A DNA stretch of 64,000 nt. Source: a virus. The DNA lies in the IMG/VR virus record IMGVR_UViG_3300042806_000370; one strand, 5' to 3'. A program made the translations under genes and the position numbers. The notes beneath the pieces are model-generated. The model searched no databases, had not been told where the DNA came from, and worked only from the letters and a program-made list of their open reading frames with translations. Below are positions 1 through 7,691 of this stretch, piece by piece; the stretch's first letter is position 1, and each line of letters starts with the position of its first letter.

Positions 1-2
1 TA

Positions 3-434
3 GAAAAATACCTTAAGAACGAAAAAATAGAAAATTCAAAAGTATTACCAACAGATCTAGAGCTTTTTGTTCAGATTAAAAAAGAAATAGACAAAATAGA
101 CAATATAAAAGCGTTAGAAACACCTTTATATGGAAAAGAAGTTGGTCTGGCGGGAAGAGTCGATTGTATCGCAGAATATGATGGTAAATTGAGTATAATT
201 GACTTTAAAGCCAGCACAAGAGAGAAAAGAAAAGAAGACATTGAAAATTATATGATGCAAGCTACGGCATACTCTTTACTATGGAAAGAGATGACCGGAC
301 AGATCATAAATAACTTCGTAATTTTAATTACCTGTGAGGATGGAGCTGTTCAGGTTTTTGAAGATAATCCATTAAATTATGTGGTGACTTTAGTAGAAAC
401 AATCAAAAAATATAAAAAAAATTATGAGCGATAA
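3..434 (+). CDS. Cas4-like/PD-(D/E)XK exonuclease, 5' partial
   Basis: Frame is open from the window edge: ...ETPLYGKEVGLAGRVDCIAEYDGKLSIIDFKAS...YMMQATAY, the motif set of the T4-like phage exonuclease. Confidence 0.85.
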   Translation, partial: EKYLKNEKIENSKVLPTDLELFVQIKKEIDKIDNIKALETPLYGKEVGLAGRVDCIAEYDGKLSIIDFKASTREKRKEDIENYMMQATAYSLLWKEMTGQIINNFVILITCEDGAVQVFEDNPLNYVVTLVETIKKYKKNYER

Positions 435-822
435 AGAACATGTAAATCGTAAAAATACCCGTATCTGGGTAAGAATGAACGAAGATGCCAGATCATCTTA
501 TTTCCGTGATAAATTTATTAAGGAACATGGTGGCCAATTTGTAAAAGATGGCAGATACTGGAAATGGATTGAATTAGACTTTGAGCAAATGATCAAAGAA
601 CATTTTGAACAACTAATGAAAAATTTTGAGATGCCTGCTCCAGTTGTAACAAAGGAGAGAGGAAAGGCATATGTGTTTAAGAAAAACAACGAGGAAGTTC
701 ATATTCAAAATCTTTTAGAATATTGCATGGACAATAATTTGATGAGAAGTGCAATGTACGATTTAATGAACGGAAAGAGAAAATCATACAAAGGTTACAA
801 ATTTTTAAGAAAGGAGGAATGA
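424..822 (+). CDS. Hypothetical protein with C-terminal NUMOD1-like DNA-binding motif
   Basis: C-terminus NLLEYCMDNNL..SAMYDLMNGKRKSYKGYKF resembles NUMOD1/HTH modules. Confidence 0.55.
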   Translation: MSDKEHVNRKNTRIWVRMNEDARSSYFRDKFIKEHGGQFVKDGRYWKWIELDFEQMIKEHFEQLMKNFEMPAPVVTKERGKAYVFKKNNEEVHIQNLLEYCMDNNLMRSAMYDLMNGKRKSYKGYKFLRKEE

Positions 823-823
823 T

Positions 824-949
824 ATGGAACTAATCATTAGCGAATCATTGGGTACTGTTTTTTATAGCCTAGTAGTTTTTACGGCTGGAGCATTGGTGGG
901 TCAAGGTATTTGGAAGTGGGTTTCTAAGTTCTTCCCCTGGAACAAGTGA
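824..949 (+). CDS. 41-aa single-TM membrane peptide (not in ORF track)
   Basis: AAGGAGG at 811-817, 6 nt before ATG; MELIISESLGTVFYSLVVFTAGALVGQGIWKWVSKFFPWNK; terminator follows. Confidence 0.75.
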   Translation: MELIISESLGTVFYSLVVFTAGALVGQGIWKWVSKFFPWNK

Positions 950-981
950 AAAAAGGCGGGTTAAATACCCGCCTTTTTTTA
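949..981 (+). terminator. Rho-independent terminator, probably bidirectional
   Basis: A-tract, GGCGGGT-taaat-ACCCGCC, T8. Confidence 0.9.
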
Positions 982-982
982 T

Positions 983-990
983 TATAAATA
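983..990 (+). promoter_or_regulatory. T4-type late promoter
   Basis: TATAAATA 9 nt upstream of ATG 1000. Confidence 0.85.
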
Positions 991-999
991 CCTAAGTAT

Positions 1000-3324
1000 A
1001 TGGAAAATACTTGGTTTGATAAAAATTTCATGGAAATGTACCAGAACGATGTTCTACCTTTTATAGAAAAGAAGATCAATGAGGGGTATTTCTTAAAGCA
1101 AGAAATTGCTTCTCAAAGAATGGAAAGAGCTAGAAATCGAGCTAGAAATAATAGAACTGATAGAGATCAGTTGCTCAAGAACAGAATTCTAAGAGCAAAA
1201 CAAGCCAGGGCCAGAGGCGAAGCAAGAGCAAAAGATGCTTTGGCGAAACAGCCAATCAGTAAACCAATTTACGAAAACTGGTTTGAGATTTTTGAAAATA
1301 AACAATCAGGTAAGACCAGAAGAAAAAGAGATAAGTTTAGAGGTCTAAAAGATTTCCGCAAGGATTTTAAATTATCAACTTCTATGTCTTTGACAGGTGG
1401 CAAGAAAGAGAAAGATAGAATAAGAAAAAATATCGAAAACAAACTAAACGAAAATATTTCGATACAATCAAGAAGATACATTTATGAACAAGAAGAAGAA
1501 ATTGGACAAGAACCAACAGAAAAAACAATCCTCGCTCCAGAAGAAAGCCAGCAACCAAAAGAAATTGCTACAGCAGCTGATTATGTTTTCACATTTGAAC
1601 AACTTAGACCTCTTCGAAAGAAAGTAAAAAACGTATTTGAGAATCTAAGCAACATTTCATATAAAATGTTGGCTGATACTCTTGGCGTTTTTTCTATCAG
1701 TAAAGACGATAAAGAATTTCAATTAGAAAACGCATTAGTTCTTGTGTCCAGAGTTTCATCTGGTGCTTCTCAGCAAGAAATAGAATTAATGAGAAATTTC
1801 GATGATGAAAGATTCTTTGATTTTGATGAAGCATCATTTGATATGGCAAGAAAGCTGCTTTCTTATCTTGGGGAATCTTGCTTTCAGAACATCTACCATG
1901 TAGATGAACTAAGCGTAGTCGAAGACTTTCCTGGCTTCAAGCGTTCGTGTTTAGTATGCGGAGATAATGCATTTAGAGTCGTAGTCGGCAAGGTTTATAT
2001 CAAAGACTCTACTGATTCCCCCAATTATGGAATCAAGATGCAGAATATAATAAATTCTCTTCTTCCTATTGCCATTCCACAAGATCCAGAAATATTGGAT
2101 GATGATGGTCTTTCAATTGTGTTGGCTGATGTCAAGAAGAGTATGCTCAACCTTTCTTTGTTCCTTGTTAATGACATTGACGAAGATCCAACACAAGATG
2201 AAGCATTCATGGACTATCTCGACAAGAATGGTCTTTTAGACGATGAGGGTTATATCTTAAATGAAGCTAAGTTATCTTCATATAATGATATGATCGAAAT
2301 AGCAATCCAAGAGCTTTCGAAGAAAAAATCAATAATAAAGGATTCTGCTTTCTTTGGAACAATAGTCAAGGAATTGACTCGCCACTATCTTGTTGGCGTG
2401 AATGCCCAAGATATCAGAGCAAATGCTACTCACTTGCTAACAGACAATGGCCTATTCATAATAACTGAAGATATGATCAATTATTATGCTCAGATGGCAG
2501 ATGTAAATATAAAAGTAAAATCAGCCATAGGCTCTAATAAAGGAAGAAAAAAGAACGGAAATAAAGTTCCAAAAGCATTGGAAAAATTTAGAGCAATAGT
2601 TGAACAAGTAAAAGAAGAATTAAAGCCTTCAAAGAACTACAAAGATAGATTGATCAATACCGCAGAATTGATAGCTGAATCTGATGCATCAATATATCAA
2701 GCCATACTAAACACATTTGATTTTGAATATAGCTTGGCATTGAATCCGGGAGAAAAAATAACTCCAAGCCAAAAAAAGAGTGCAGAATTTAATGTGGTAA
2801 AAATTGGTAATAAAGAATTTAAAATTCCAATTTCAATTGATAAGGGAGATATGACAACCATCTTCATTAAAGAAGATATCGATGATGCGTGTGATTATAT
2901 TCTATCAAACACAAACATCAGCGAAAGTGCTAAACGAAGAATACAGAATTCAAAGAAGACTGGAAATGTTCCACAGGATTTAGTAGAACTTATTTCTTTT
3001 GTCATAAGCCAAAATAGAAGTAAAAGAAAGTCTACTATTCTTGAGAAGCTTCAGGGACATGAGAAGCACTATTCAAAAAAAACTAGCCATCACAGATCAA
3101 ATAGAAATAAGGCTAGAAGAGCCGCAGAAAAAAAATGGGGTAAAGCCGCAATCAAAGGTAAGGATGTGGACCACAAAGACGGCAACCCCATGAATAACTC
3201 GCCAAGTAATCTTCGTCTAAGAAGTCCTGGTGACAATAGAGCTGATAATGGTCATCACAAGGGAGAACCTTACAAGAAGGCCAAGCGCGGAATCACGAAT
3301 ACCTATAAGGGAAAGGATAAGTAA
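1000..3324 (+). CDS. Large late protein with C-terminal HNH-type domain; putative head-packaged protein
   Basis: DVDHKDGNPMNNSPSNLRLRSPGDNR near C-terminus; late promoter; several [IL]xE motifs. Confidence 0.6.
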   Translation: MENTWFDKNFMEMYQNDVLPFIEKKINEGYFLKQEIASQRMERARNRARNNRTDRDQLLKNRILRAKQARARGEARAKDALAKQPISKPIYENWFEIFENKQSGKTRRKRDKFRGLKDFRKDFKLSTSMSLTGGKKEKDRIRKNIENKLNENISIQSRRYIYEQEEEIGQEPTEKTILAPEESQQPKEIATAADYVFTFEQLRPLRKKVKNVFENLSNISYKMLADTLGVFSISKDDKEFQLENALVLVSRVSSGASQQEIELMRNFDDERFFDFDEASFDMARKLLSYLGESCFQNIYHVDELSVVEDFPGFKRSCLVCGDNAFRVVVGKVYIKDSTDSPNYGIKMQNIINSLLPIAIPQDPEILDDDGLSIVLADVKKSMLNLSLFLVNDIDEDPTQDEAFMDYLDKNGLLDDEGYILNEAKLSSYNDMIEIAIQELSKKKSIIKDSAFFGTIVKELTRHYLVGVNAQDIRANATHLLTDNGLFIITEDMINYYAQMADVNIKVKSAIGSNKGRKKNGNKVPKALEKFRAIVEQVKEELKPSKNYKDRLINTAELIAESDASIYQAILNTFDFEYSLALNPGEKITPSQKKSAEFNVVKIGNKEFKIPISIDKGDMTTIFIKEDIDDACDYILSNTNISESAKRRIQNSKKTGNVPQDLVELISFVISQNRSKRKSTILEKLQGHEKHYSKKTSHHRSNRNKARRAAEKKWGKAAIKGKDVDHKDGNPMNNSPSNLRLRSPGDNRADNGHHKGEPYKKAKRGITNTYKGKDK

Positions 3325-3947
3325 TGTTTGATCTGAATCCTGAATTGTTTGAATATGGTATAGCTACCGCCACATTTATTGTAGGTGCTTTCTACGGTCT
3401 TAAGAAATTAAAAGAAAAACTATTTTCTGAAAAGAAGAAGAAAGAACAAAAAGAATACTGGAATATTCATTCAGAGATTCATGAGATTTTAACAGAACTT
3501 AGAATTCGCACAGACGCAGCCAGAGCACAAATCATTCAATTCCACAATGGAGAATACTTCATGGACGGAGTGTCTATGAAGAAAATGAGTCTTACTCACG
3601 AATCTCTTCGTTCTGGAATCAGTGCAGAAGTTCATCAGAAGAAGGATGTCCTTATTTCTGCTTATATTGATTTCATTCGTTCTATTCTTGAATCAAAGCA
3701 CAAGTTTGAAATTGTTGCTCTGATGAAAGAATCTTATCAGAGACAATTGTTCTTCGCCAGCAATGTCGTTGCTTACATGGCCGTCCCCATAGTAAACAAG
3801 GGAATGAATGTTGGCTATTTGATCGTTCACTGGTGCAGTGATGAAAAGGTAGATCAAGTAAAAGAACAAGTTGTGGCAGGCGAAATGAGACATGCAAAGG
3901 ATAGAATAGAAGTTCAATTAGGCCACCAGATATCATTGGAGAAATAA
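3324..3947 (+). CDS. N-terminal TM plus GAF-like domain; T4 holin T-like architecture
   Basis: TM YGIATATFIVGAFYGL; DAARAQIIQFHNG and YMAVPIVNKGMNVGYLIVHW have GAF-fold spacing. Confidence 0.5.
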   Translation: MFDLNPELFEYGIATATFIVGAFYGLKKLKEKLFSEKKKKEQKEYWNIHSEIHEILTELRIRTDAARAQIIQFHNGEYFMDGVSMKKMSLTHESLRSGISAEVHQKKDVLISAYIDFIRSILESKHKFEIVALMKESYQRQLFFASNVVAYMAVPIVNKGMNVGYLIVHWCSDEKVDQVKEQVVAGEMRHAKDRIEVQLGHQISLEK

Positions 3948-5575
3948 TGAAAGATCTAAACGAAGTCTATCGTAAGTCTGGTCTTGGTAAGTGGTTTCAT
4001 GACGAATCTGCTGGTGGCAAACCAGGCTGGGACCGCTACAACAGCAAAGGACAAAGAGTAGGTGAGTGCGGGGATGCCAAGAAGGGTGAGCCATATGCTG
4101 CTTGCCTGTCAAAGCAAAAAGCTGCCAAGCTAGGAAAGGAAAAGATAGGAAGCTTCGTTGAACGAAAAAGAGCTGCACAGTCTGCTGCGGGTAGGGGTAA
4201 AAAAGGATCGGGCAAGAAGGGAAAGAAACCGATCAATGTCGATACTGGAATTCGGGAGGAATATGATGTTGATAAGAAAGGTCCATCAATGACTCCTGGC
4301 CAAAATATGGATATCGATAAGCGCAATAAGAGATTCAAAACACCACCCTGCGCTATAGATAATAAAGAGGTAAAAATGCCAGAATACGAAGATTACATAA
4401 TCGGTGAAGAAAAAACTCCTAGATTGAATAAGCCCATGAAGGGTGATGTCAAGAAGTTCAAAGTTTATGTAAAAAACGAAAAGGGAAATATCGTTAAGGT
4501 AAATTTTGGCGATAAGAATATGTCCATAAAAAGAGATAATCCGGCCAGAAGAAAGAACTTCCGTGCCAGACACTCTTGCGACGATAATCCTGGTCCTAAA
4601 ACAAAGGCTCGTTACTGGAGCTGCCAGATGTGGAGAGCTGATAAGTCTGTTGGTGATATGCTCAGAGAAGCGGCAGAAACACAAGAAATAATCGATTTAA
4701 TCGAAAAGAATGTACCAAAGAAACCAAAGAAGTGGTCTGCTTGCAAAGCACAAGCTAAGAAAAAATTTGACGTTTATCCTTCTGCTTATGCCAATGCTTG
4801 GGCTGCAAAGTGCTATAAGAAGAAGGGTGGAAAGTGGAAATCAGTAAGCGAACAATTTGCTCCATATATTGATTCAATGCAGATAGATTCCACTCCAGAA
4901 GAAACTGATGAATTAAATAATAAAGCATTCAAGCCAGAAAAAATAGAAAATGATTTACCACCAATACAAAGGAATAAATCAGGCAAAAAATTTAATTCAA
5001 AGTCTTTGAGACTAGAAAATTTTAGAAACATTTTAAAAAAAAAGTTAAATGAATCTGCTAATAATGTCCCTTTAAGTTTATACAGGCAAGAATTTCCTAA
5101 CTGGAATATAACTAGCCCACCACCCGGTGTTGGTGTTTTTGATACTCCTAATTATTATTTACCGACACCAGGTATGCGTCCCACACCATACGATATTCCA
5201 ACCGGATTTCCTATGGAAGAACCAAATTCTTGGTTAGATGATAACGGTAAACCTTTATATTATGATAACAAAGGAAATCCAATAGTTCCTCCTGTATATC
5301 CTGGAGATAATGCAACCGAACAAGAAATGGAAAAATATTATAAAGATTATCTAAAATTTTTTGACAAATTGGTAAAACATTGGCAAAATTGGGCAAATAA
5401 TAATGGATTTAGTGCTCTTTATAAACCACAATGGATACAAGATGCTTATAGACAAAGTAAAATATACTTTAATTTATTAAATAATTTAAATCTTGATTTA
5501 AATGTAAATGATCCATTAAATTTAGTTGATAGTGGATATTCTTTCCCAAATAGTCTTTATGATCTTAATCCATAA
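3947..5575 (+). CDS. Modular basic/Cys-containing protein; putative internal head polyprotein
   Basis: Basic modules (GLGKWF..., KKFKVYVK...FRARHSC...RYWSCQMW, KKFDVYPSAYANAWAAKCYKKKGGKW) separated by acidic [ILV]xE linkers. Confidence 0.55.
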   Translation: MKDLNEVYRKSGLGKWFHDESAGGKPGWDRYNSKGQRVGECGDAKKGEPYAACLSKQKAAKLGKEKIGSFVERKRAAQSAAGRGKKGSGKKGKKPINVDTGIREEYDVDKKGPSMTPGQNMDIDKRNKRFKTPPCAIDNKEVKMPEYEDYIIGEEKTPRLNKPMKGDVKKFKVYVKNEKGNIVKVNFGDKNMSIKRDNPARRKNFRARHSCDDNPGPKTKARYWSCQMWRADKSVGDMLREAAETQEIIDLIEKNVPKKPKKWSACKAQAKKKFDVYPSAYANAWAAKCYKKKGGKWKSVSEQFAPYIDSMQIDSTPEETDELNNKAFKPEKIENDLPPIQRNKSGKKFNSKSLRLENFRNILKKKLNESANNVPLSLYRQEFPNWNITSPPPGVGVFDTPNYYLPTPGMRPTPYDIPTGFPMEEPNSWLDDNGKPLYYDNKGNPIVPPVYPGDNATEQEMEKYYKDYLKFFDKLVKHWQNWANNNGFSALYKPQWIQDAYRQSKIYFNLLNNLNLDLNVNDPLNLVDSGYSFPNSLYDLNP

Positions 5576-5583
5576 TATAAATA
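5576..5583 (+). promoter_or_regulatory. T4-type late promoter
   Basis: TATAAATA followed by AAGGA and ATG 5599. Confidence 0.85.
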
Positions 5584-5598
5584 ACTTAAAGGAATAAA

Positions 5599-6075
5599 AT
5601 GAAGAAATTTAAAGATATAATATCTCTAGTAGAATCAGAATCAATAGATGGCGGTGGTTTTGGCGATCCTTTCCAGCCATCAAAGACGACAAGATCAGCT
5701 TCTAGCGATTTTGGTGTTCATAGAATAGAAGAACCAACACAATTAAATAGAGTTGGAGCATTTCTTTCGGCATTTACTAATAGAGAATATCTTGATCCTC
5801 GCGGTGCTCTTGCTCTTTTAAGAGCAAAGATGAATATAATCGGTCTTGATTTTGAATTTCACCCAAAGGTTCAGTTGAATCCTGGACCAAATAAGTTCAA
5901 ATTGACAAGATTTGGTGGAACATTCGGAACAACTCCAGACCACGATCTTCTAAAAGACGGCTTCCAGGTTACAGATGGCATATCAGAATTTAATAACGGA
6001 AAAGGTCTTGATATGATTGTCGATGTGACAATAACTCCATCGCATCTATATAAGTTTGATATTTCGGTTATTTAA
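5599..6075 (+). CDS. Hypothetical late protein
   Basis: Late promoter and RBS; N-terminus MKKFKDIISLVE. Confidence 0.7.
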   Translation: MKKFKDIISLVESESIDGGGFGDPFQPSKTTRSASSDFGVHRIEEPTQLNRVGAFLSAFTNREYLDPRGALALLRAKMNIIGLDFEFHPKVQLNPGPNKFKLTRFGGTFGTTPDHDLLKDGFQVTDGISEFNNGKGLDMIVDVTITPSHLYKFDISVI

Positions 6076-6095
6076 ATTATGAATAAGTGTGAAAA

Positions 6096-6491
6096 ATGAA
6101 TAATACTATGAATATCAAAATTTTAACAGAAGAAAATTTTGAACTGTTTGCTAAATTAAAATACAACAATCCAGAGTGCGTTTCAATAGAAGAATTTAAT
6201 GACGATATCAAAAGAATAAAGTACGTTAAAAGACTTTTTTTGAAATATGATAATGAAAAAAATTTAAAGCACAAATTAATAAAAAATCACATTCTGATCC
6301 TGTGCAATCTTTTTGGAGAAGAATCAGCAATCAGAATGTTATTTTTTAAGATAGAAAAAAAATATCATGGATTTTTAAAAGCATTTTTAGTAAACCTAAA
6401 TATTTTACCAAAAAATATACCAGAAGTCAATTTAGCATTGATACAGCCTGATGCAAGAATAGAAAGATTACTAAAAAATGCAGTTGAATGA
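6096..6491 (+). CDS. Conserved T4-like phage hypothetical protein
   Basis: EENFELFAKLKYNNP...EEFNDDIKRIKYVKRLF...NHILILCNLFG...MLFFK pattern recognised from T4-like cyanophages. Confidence 0.75.
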   Translation: MNNTMNIKILTEENFELFAKLKYNNPECVSIEEFNDDIKRIKYVKRLFLKYDNEKNLKHKLIKNHILILCNLFGEESAIRMLFFKIEKKYHGFLKAFLVNLNILPKNIPEVNLALIQPDARIERLLKNAVE

Positions 6492-6999
6492 AAGAATACA
6501 AAACGCCTCTTTGATGGTAAGAAGTTTTACGATATACAAATTTCTTACCATGCTTTCAACGCCATTTACTAGTCTAGATGCATATAAAAGAGGCTACATC
6601 GACAGTCAGGGAAATTTTATAAAAAAGCTGGATGATGTTTTAAATAAAGCGTCCATAGATCCGCTTGAAGTTTTAATAATAAAACTAAAAAAATTACTAT
6701 CAAAAGTTCCAGAACCAGGAATAAGATCTGCTCTTAACAATAATCTAGCTATACTGGATTTATTTTTAAATGAAATGTACGAATATGGAATACAGCCACA
6801 CGAATCTCTATATCTTCTTGAATTACATAACCTTGAAAATAACGGAGAATCATTACTGGATATACTTGTTGAGGATATGAGTGTTGGTGCGGGTGGAATA
6901 GCTGGAGTCGGAGTTCCAGCAGCGGAACCACAAAATGTTGTTGTTCCAAAAAAGAAAAAAAAGTTTTCTATTCTTAGAAGATCTGATCTACAAATATAA
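6478..6999 (+). CDS. Conserved T4-like phage hypothetical protein
   Basis: YKFLTMLSTPF..LDAYKRGYIDSQG pattern; GGIAGVG...KKKKK tail. Confidence 0.7.
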   Translation: MQLNERIQNASLMVRSFTIYKFLTMLSTPFTSLDAYKRGYIDSQGNFIKKLDDVLNKASIDPLEVLIIKLKKLLSKVPEPGIRSALNNNLAILDLFLNEMYEYGIQPHESLYLLELHNLENNGESLLDILVEDMSVGAGGIAGVGVPAAEPQNVVVPKKKKKFSILRRSDLQI

Positions 7000-7002
7000 A
7001 TA
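6995..7002 (+). promoter_or_regulatory. T4-type late promoter
   Basis: TATAAATA then GGAGG before ATG 7018. Confidence 0.85.
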
Positions 7003-7017
7003 ACTCTGGAGGTCATT

Positions 7018-7452
7018 ATGCCGACTGAGTTGATTTCATTGATAGGCGGAAGCCTTACTGGATTTTTGTTTCGATTCATGGCTCAGAAGAGTCAGGATCA
7101 AAAAGAGCTATTTGAACGCCTAATTGCTGCCAATAAGCAGACTACCGAAAATCAGGATAAGGCGGCTCAAAGAGTTCCCCTTGATGTCGGCAAGGGAGTT
7201 CGTCAGCTAATCGTTCTAACCGTTCTCTTTGGAACCATTGCTGCACCATTCATTCTACCATTCTTTGGTGTTCCTACCTTCGTAGAGGTTGATTCAACAA
7301 ACCCAGAAGCATTGTTTGGCCTATTCCCAGAGACTGCAAAGAAGTATTTTGTTGAGGTTAACGGATATCTTTATACATCTGAAAATCGTCAAATACTCGT
7401 AGCGATTGTCGGTTTCTACTTTGGCACTGCTGCCGCAGGGAGGAAGTCATGA
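7018..7452 (+). CDS. Putative 3-TM holin-like membrane protein
   Basis: Three hydrophobic segments, ends IVGFYFG plus basic tail; late promoter. Confidence 0.55.
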   Translation: MPTELISLIGGSLTGFLFRFMAQKSQDQKELFERLIAANKQTTENQDKAAQRVPLDVGKGVRQLIVLTVLFGTIAAPFILPFFGVPTFVEVDSTNPEALFGLFPETAKKYFVEVNGYLYTSENRQILVAIVGFYFGTAAAGRKS

Positions 7453-7691
7453 AGAAGATCTGGGCATTAGTTTTAGTTCTAGCACTTGTCTTTGCAGGAT
7501 GCGATACCACTCCAGAAATAATTCCAGACATTACTGGCGATAATGTTATAATGATGGATATCAAGAGCCAGATTGAAAATAACAAGATGGTCAAAGATGA
7601 TTATAGCTGGGTAATCTGGTATTTGCCTATTCTTTTTCTAGTTGTTGCATGGGGATGGAAAGAATTTTTTGGTAAGAAGAGAGAAAGATAA
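7449..7691 (+). CDS. Lipoprotein with C-terminal TM; u-spanin-like
   Basis: MKK + hydrophobic core + FAGC lipobox; C-terminal WVIWYLPILFLVVAWGW then KEFFGKKRER; ATGA overlap with upstream gene. Confidence 0.6.
   Translation: MKKIWALVLVLALVFAGCDTTPEIIPDITGDNVIMMDIKSQIENNKMVKDDYSWVIWYLPILFLVVAWGWKEFFGKKRER

Noticed and set aside
6078-6116. Thrice-repeated ATGAATA before the 131-aa ORF
   Set aside because: Short AT-rich repeats giving alternative starts; likely chance
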